Notes under the pieces: model-generated
The model's input: only the letters and a program-made list of their open reading frames with translations
The model's database searches: none
Told to the model about the DNA's origin: nothing
Shown here: piece after piece, positions 62,251 through 64,000 of the stretch
How the letters are laid out: each line of letters opens with the position of its first letter
How positions within the stretch are numbered: the first letter of the stretch is position 1
NCBI GenBank assembly: GCA_964016885.1
Contig: OZ024757.1
Span: 40,176,001-40,240,000 of the forward strand
Length of the DNA stretch: 64,000 nt
Direction: 5' to 3'
Source: Eledone cirrhosa
Lineage: Eukaryota
Translations under genes and position numbers: made by a program

Positions 62251-63438
62251 CATTGGTGGACTGGCCAGGTTGCCCAATGGCAAGTGGGCCTCTGGGGGCC
62301 CACGGTAATATTGCAGCGCCCACTTATATTTTAGGGGCTAACGCTTAGCTTTCAAAAACAAAATACCTGAAGTCTAAGAGAAAGAATAAATATTTTTTAA
62401 AAATAAATAAAACAATTAAGCAAACCATTTGGTCAACGACACCACATCAGTTTGGTTTGAACATTTTGAAAGTAGGTTTATAAGTATGAATTTTCAGTAG
62501 ATTTTCGTAGTTTTCTCAATGGCCTAGCGGCAAGTACTAGAGACGGTGGTAATCCTGGTCTTGGGTTCAATCCTGGTCAAAAGGTACATGTAACACTTTT
62601 CAGTTTTTATTTTACCTCCCATAGAAAAAAAAATGAAAAGTTTTACCGGGAACACTACTCCCGACCAGGATCGAACTTCAGACCAAGATCACCACCGTCT
62701 ATGACTCCTCCAACTAGGCCGCCGGGACAGCTACAAAAGTATAATGAACATTAATAATTATAAACCTACTTTGGAAATCAAATTTCAAAAGATGAACTAT
62801 TAGTCATATTTAGGGTCGACTTGTCAATTTTCTAGCTCTTTGGTAACACCCTTATTATTCCTATGTGTGTTTAATTGTTGAAATGAAACATGGATTACAG
62901 GTTAAAACAGTCTAGATAGATGAGAAAGAAAACGAGGATATAGTTTATGGAACACCCAAATGATTTAGAAGTCGACCTTATGTAGGAGCAATAACATTAA
63001 GAAAGACATGAAGGGCACCACATCATTTTGTACTGAACATTTTGAAAGTAGGTTTATAAGCATGAATTTTCAATAAACTTACGTAGTTGTCTCAGTGGCC
63101 TAGTGGTAGGTACTGGAGACGATGGGGACCTTTGCCTTGGGTTCAATCCTGGTCAAGAGTTACATGTAACGTTTTTCAGTTATTATTTTACAACCAATAG
63201 AAAAAAACTCAAAAGGATTACCAGGAACCCTTCTCCCAACCAGGATCGAACTTCAGACCTAGATCACCACTGTCTATGATTCCTCCAAGTAGGCCACCGA
63301 GACAACTACGAAAGTATAATGAAAATTAATAATTATAAACCTACTTTCAAAATCAAAATTAAATAATAGAATTCTACATGTAGGTGGGCCCCATTCATCT
63401 CCTTTCACCCGATATTTTTAGACCCAGTCCGCATTATG
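62251..63438. mobile_element. Putative non-autonomous DNA transposon (hAT-like degenerate TIRs) carrying duplicated palindromic tRNA-like modules
   Basis: Ends cattggtggactgg and ccagtccgcattatg, with subterminal gggccc motifs; internal direct repeat 62440-62784 and 63016-63360 (offset 576). Confidence 0.55.
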
Positions 63439-63450
63439 ATATATACATAT

Positions 63451-63638
63451 TTGGCGGTGGATTGGCAGTATCGGTAGAGGGTCGGACGCCATGCTTTCCA
63501 GCATAGAGTTACGGCCCTTACCATTTTCAGTTCAAATCCCGCCGAGGTTAACTTTGCCTTTCATCCTTACGGGGTCGATAAAATAAAGTACCAGTAATGC
63601 ACTGGGTAATTGCTGGCCTTGTGCCAAAAGTAGAAACA
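63451..63638 (+). mobile_element. Young SINE, full length, with an 18-bp TSD
   Basis: attatgatatatacatat at 63433-63450 and 63639-63656. Confidence 0.92.
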
Positions 63639-64000
63639 ATTATGATATATACATATAATACTCCTGTATGTTATGCAAACGCAAAAACTAGCCTTGTTTG
63701 TCCCCTAGAATTCATGTGAACTCTAATAAAATATGAACAGAAAAACATGGAAGTATTAGCTACACTTTGACAACAGTACACACGAACATGAAGAAGGAAA
63801 AATACAAAATAAAACAAAGATGGAAGAAAAAAAAAGCACATAAACATTTTAATACGTCACAGGAATAAGATAGTAGGAAGATTAAGAGTATGTGTGAAGA
63901 AAAGTGTGGCTGATAAAATATATTAGAGTGTAGAGTAGCAAAGAGAATAAACATATGTTGCATGGGAGGGAGGTGGGAAGCTGGTTATGGTATATCGGTA

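Noticed and set aside
62505-63310. Functional tRNA genes in the palindromic modules or in SINE heads
   Set aside because: A and B boxes are present but I could not build a convincing cloverleaf or anticodon arm; treated as tRNA-derived.

Overview
AT-rich, microsatellite-saturated eukaryotic non-coding DNA. The SINE families resemble those I recognise from octopod cephalopods; this taxon call is an inference. No host protein-coding gene is supportable. Nearly all long ORFs are translations of (TA)n, (CA)n, (TACA)n, (GA)n or (GTT)n tracts. The only recognisable peptides are decayed C-terminal fragments of RTE-type LINEs. The window holds about 25 tRNA-derived SINE copies or fragments, several LINE remnants, tandem arrays, and a ~4.4 kb (TA)n tract containing a 200-N assembly gap. 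Four things stand out. (1) Many minimal type-I hammerhead ribozyme motifs with palindromic stem III, from several Penelope-like/retrozyme-like families, mostly in or beside (TA)n tracts. One of them is a 585-bp-periodic element with two hammerheads (23530-24315) that predicts a 585-nt self-cleaved, possibly circular, RNA. (2) A minus-strand recursive splice-site candidate (polypyrimidine-CAG|GTAAGT plus a second GTAAGT 41 nt later) at about 25685. (3) A ~1.2 kb TIR-bounded element (62251-63438) carrying two copies of a palindromic module made of convergent tRNA-like Pol III units. (4) Recurrent fold-back inversions at ribozyme-bearing element ends. All structures were read by eye; nothing was computed or searched.
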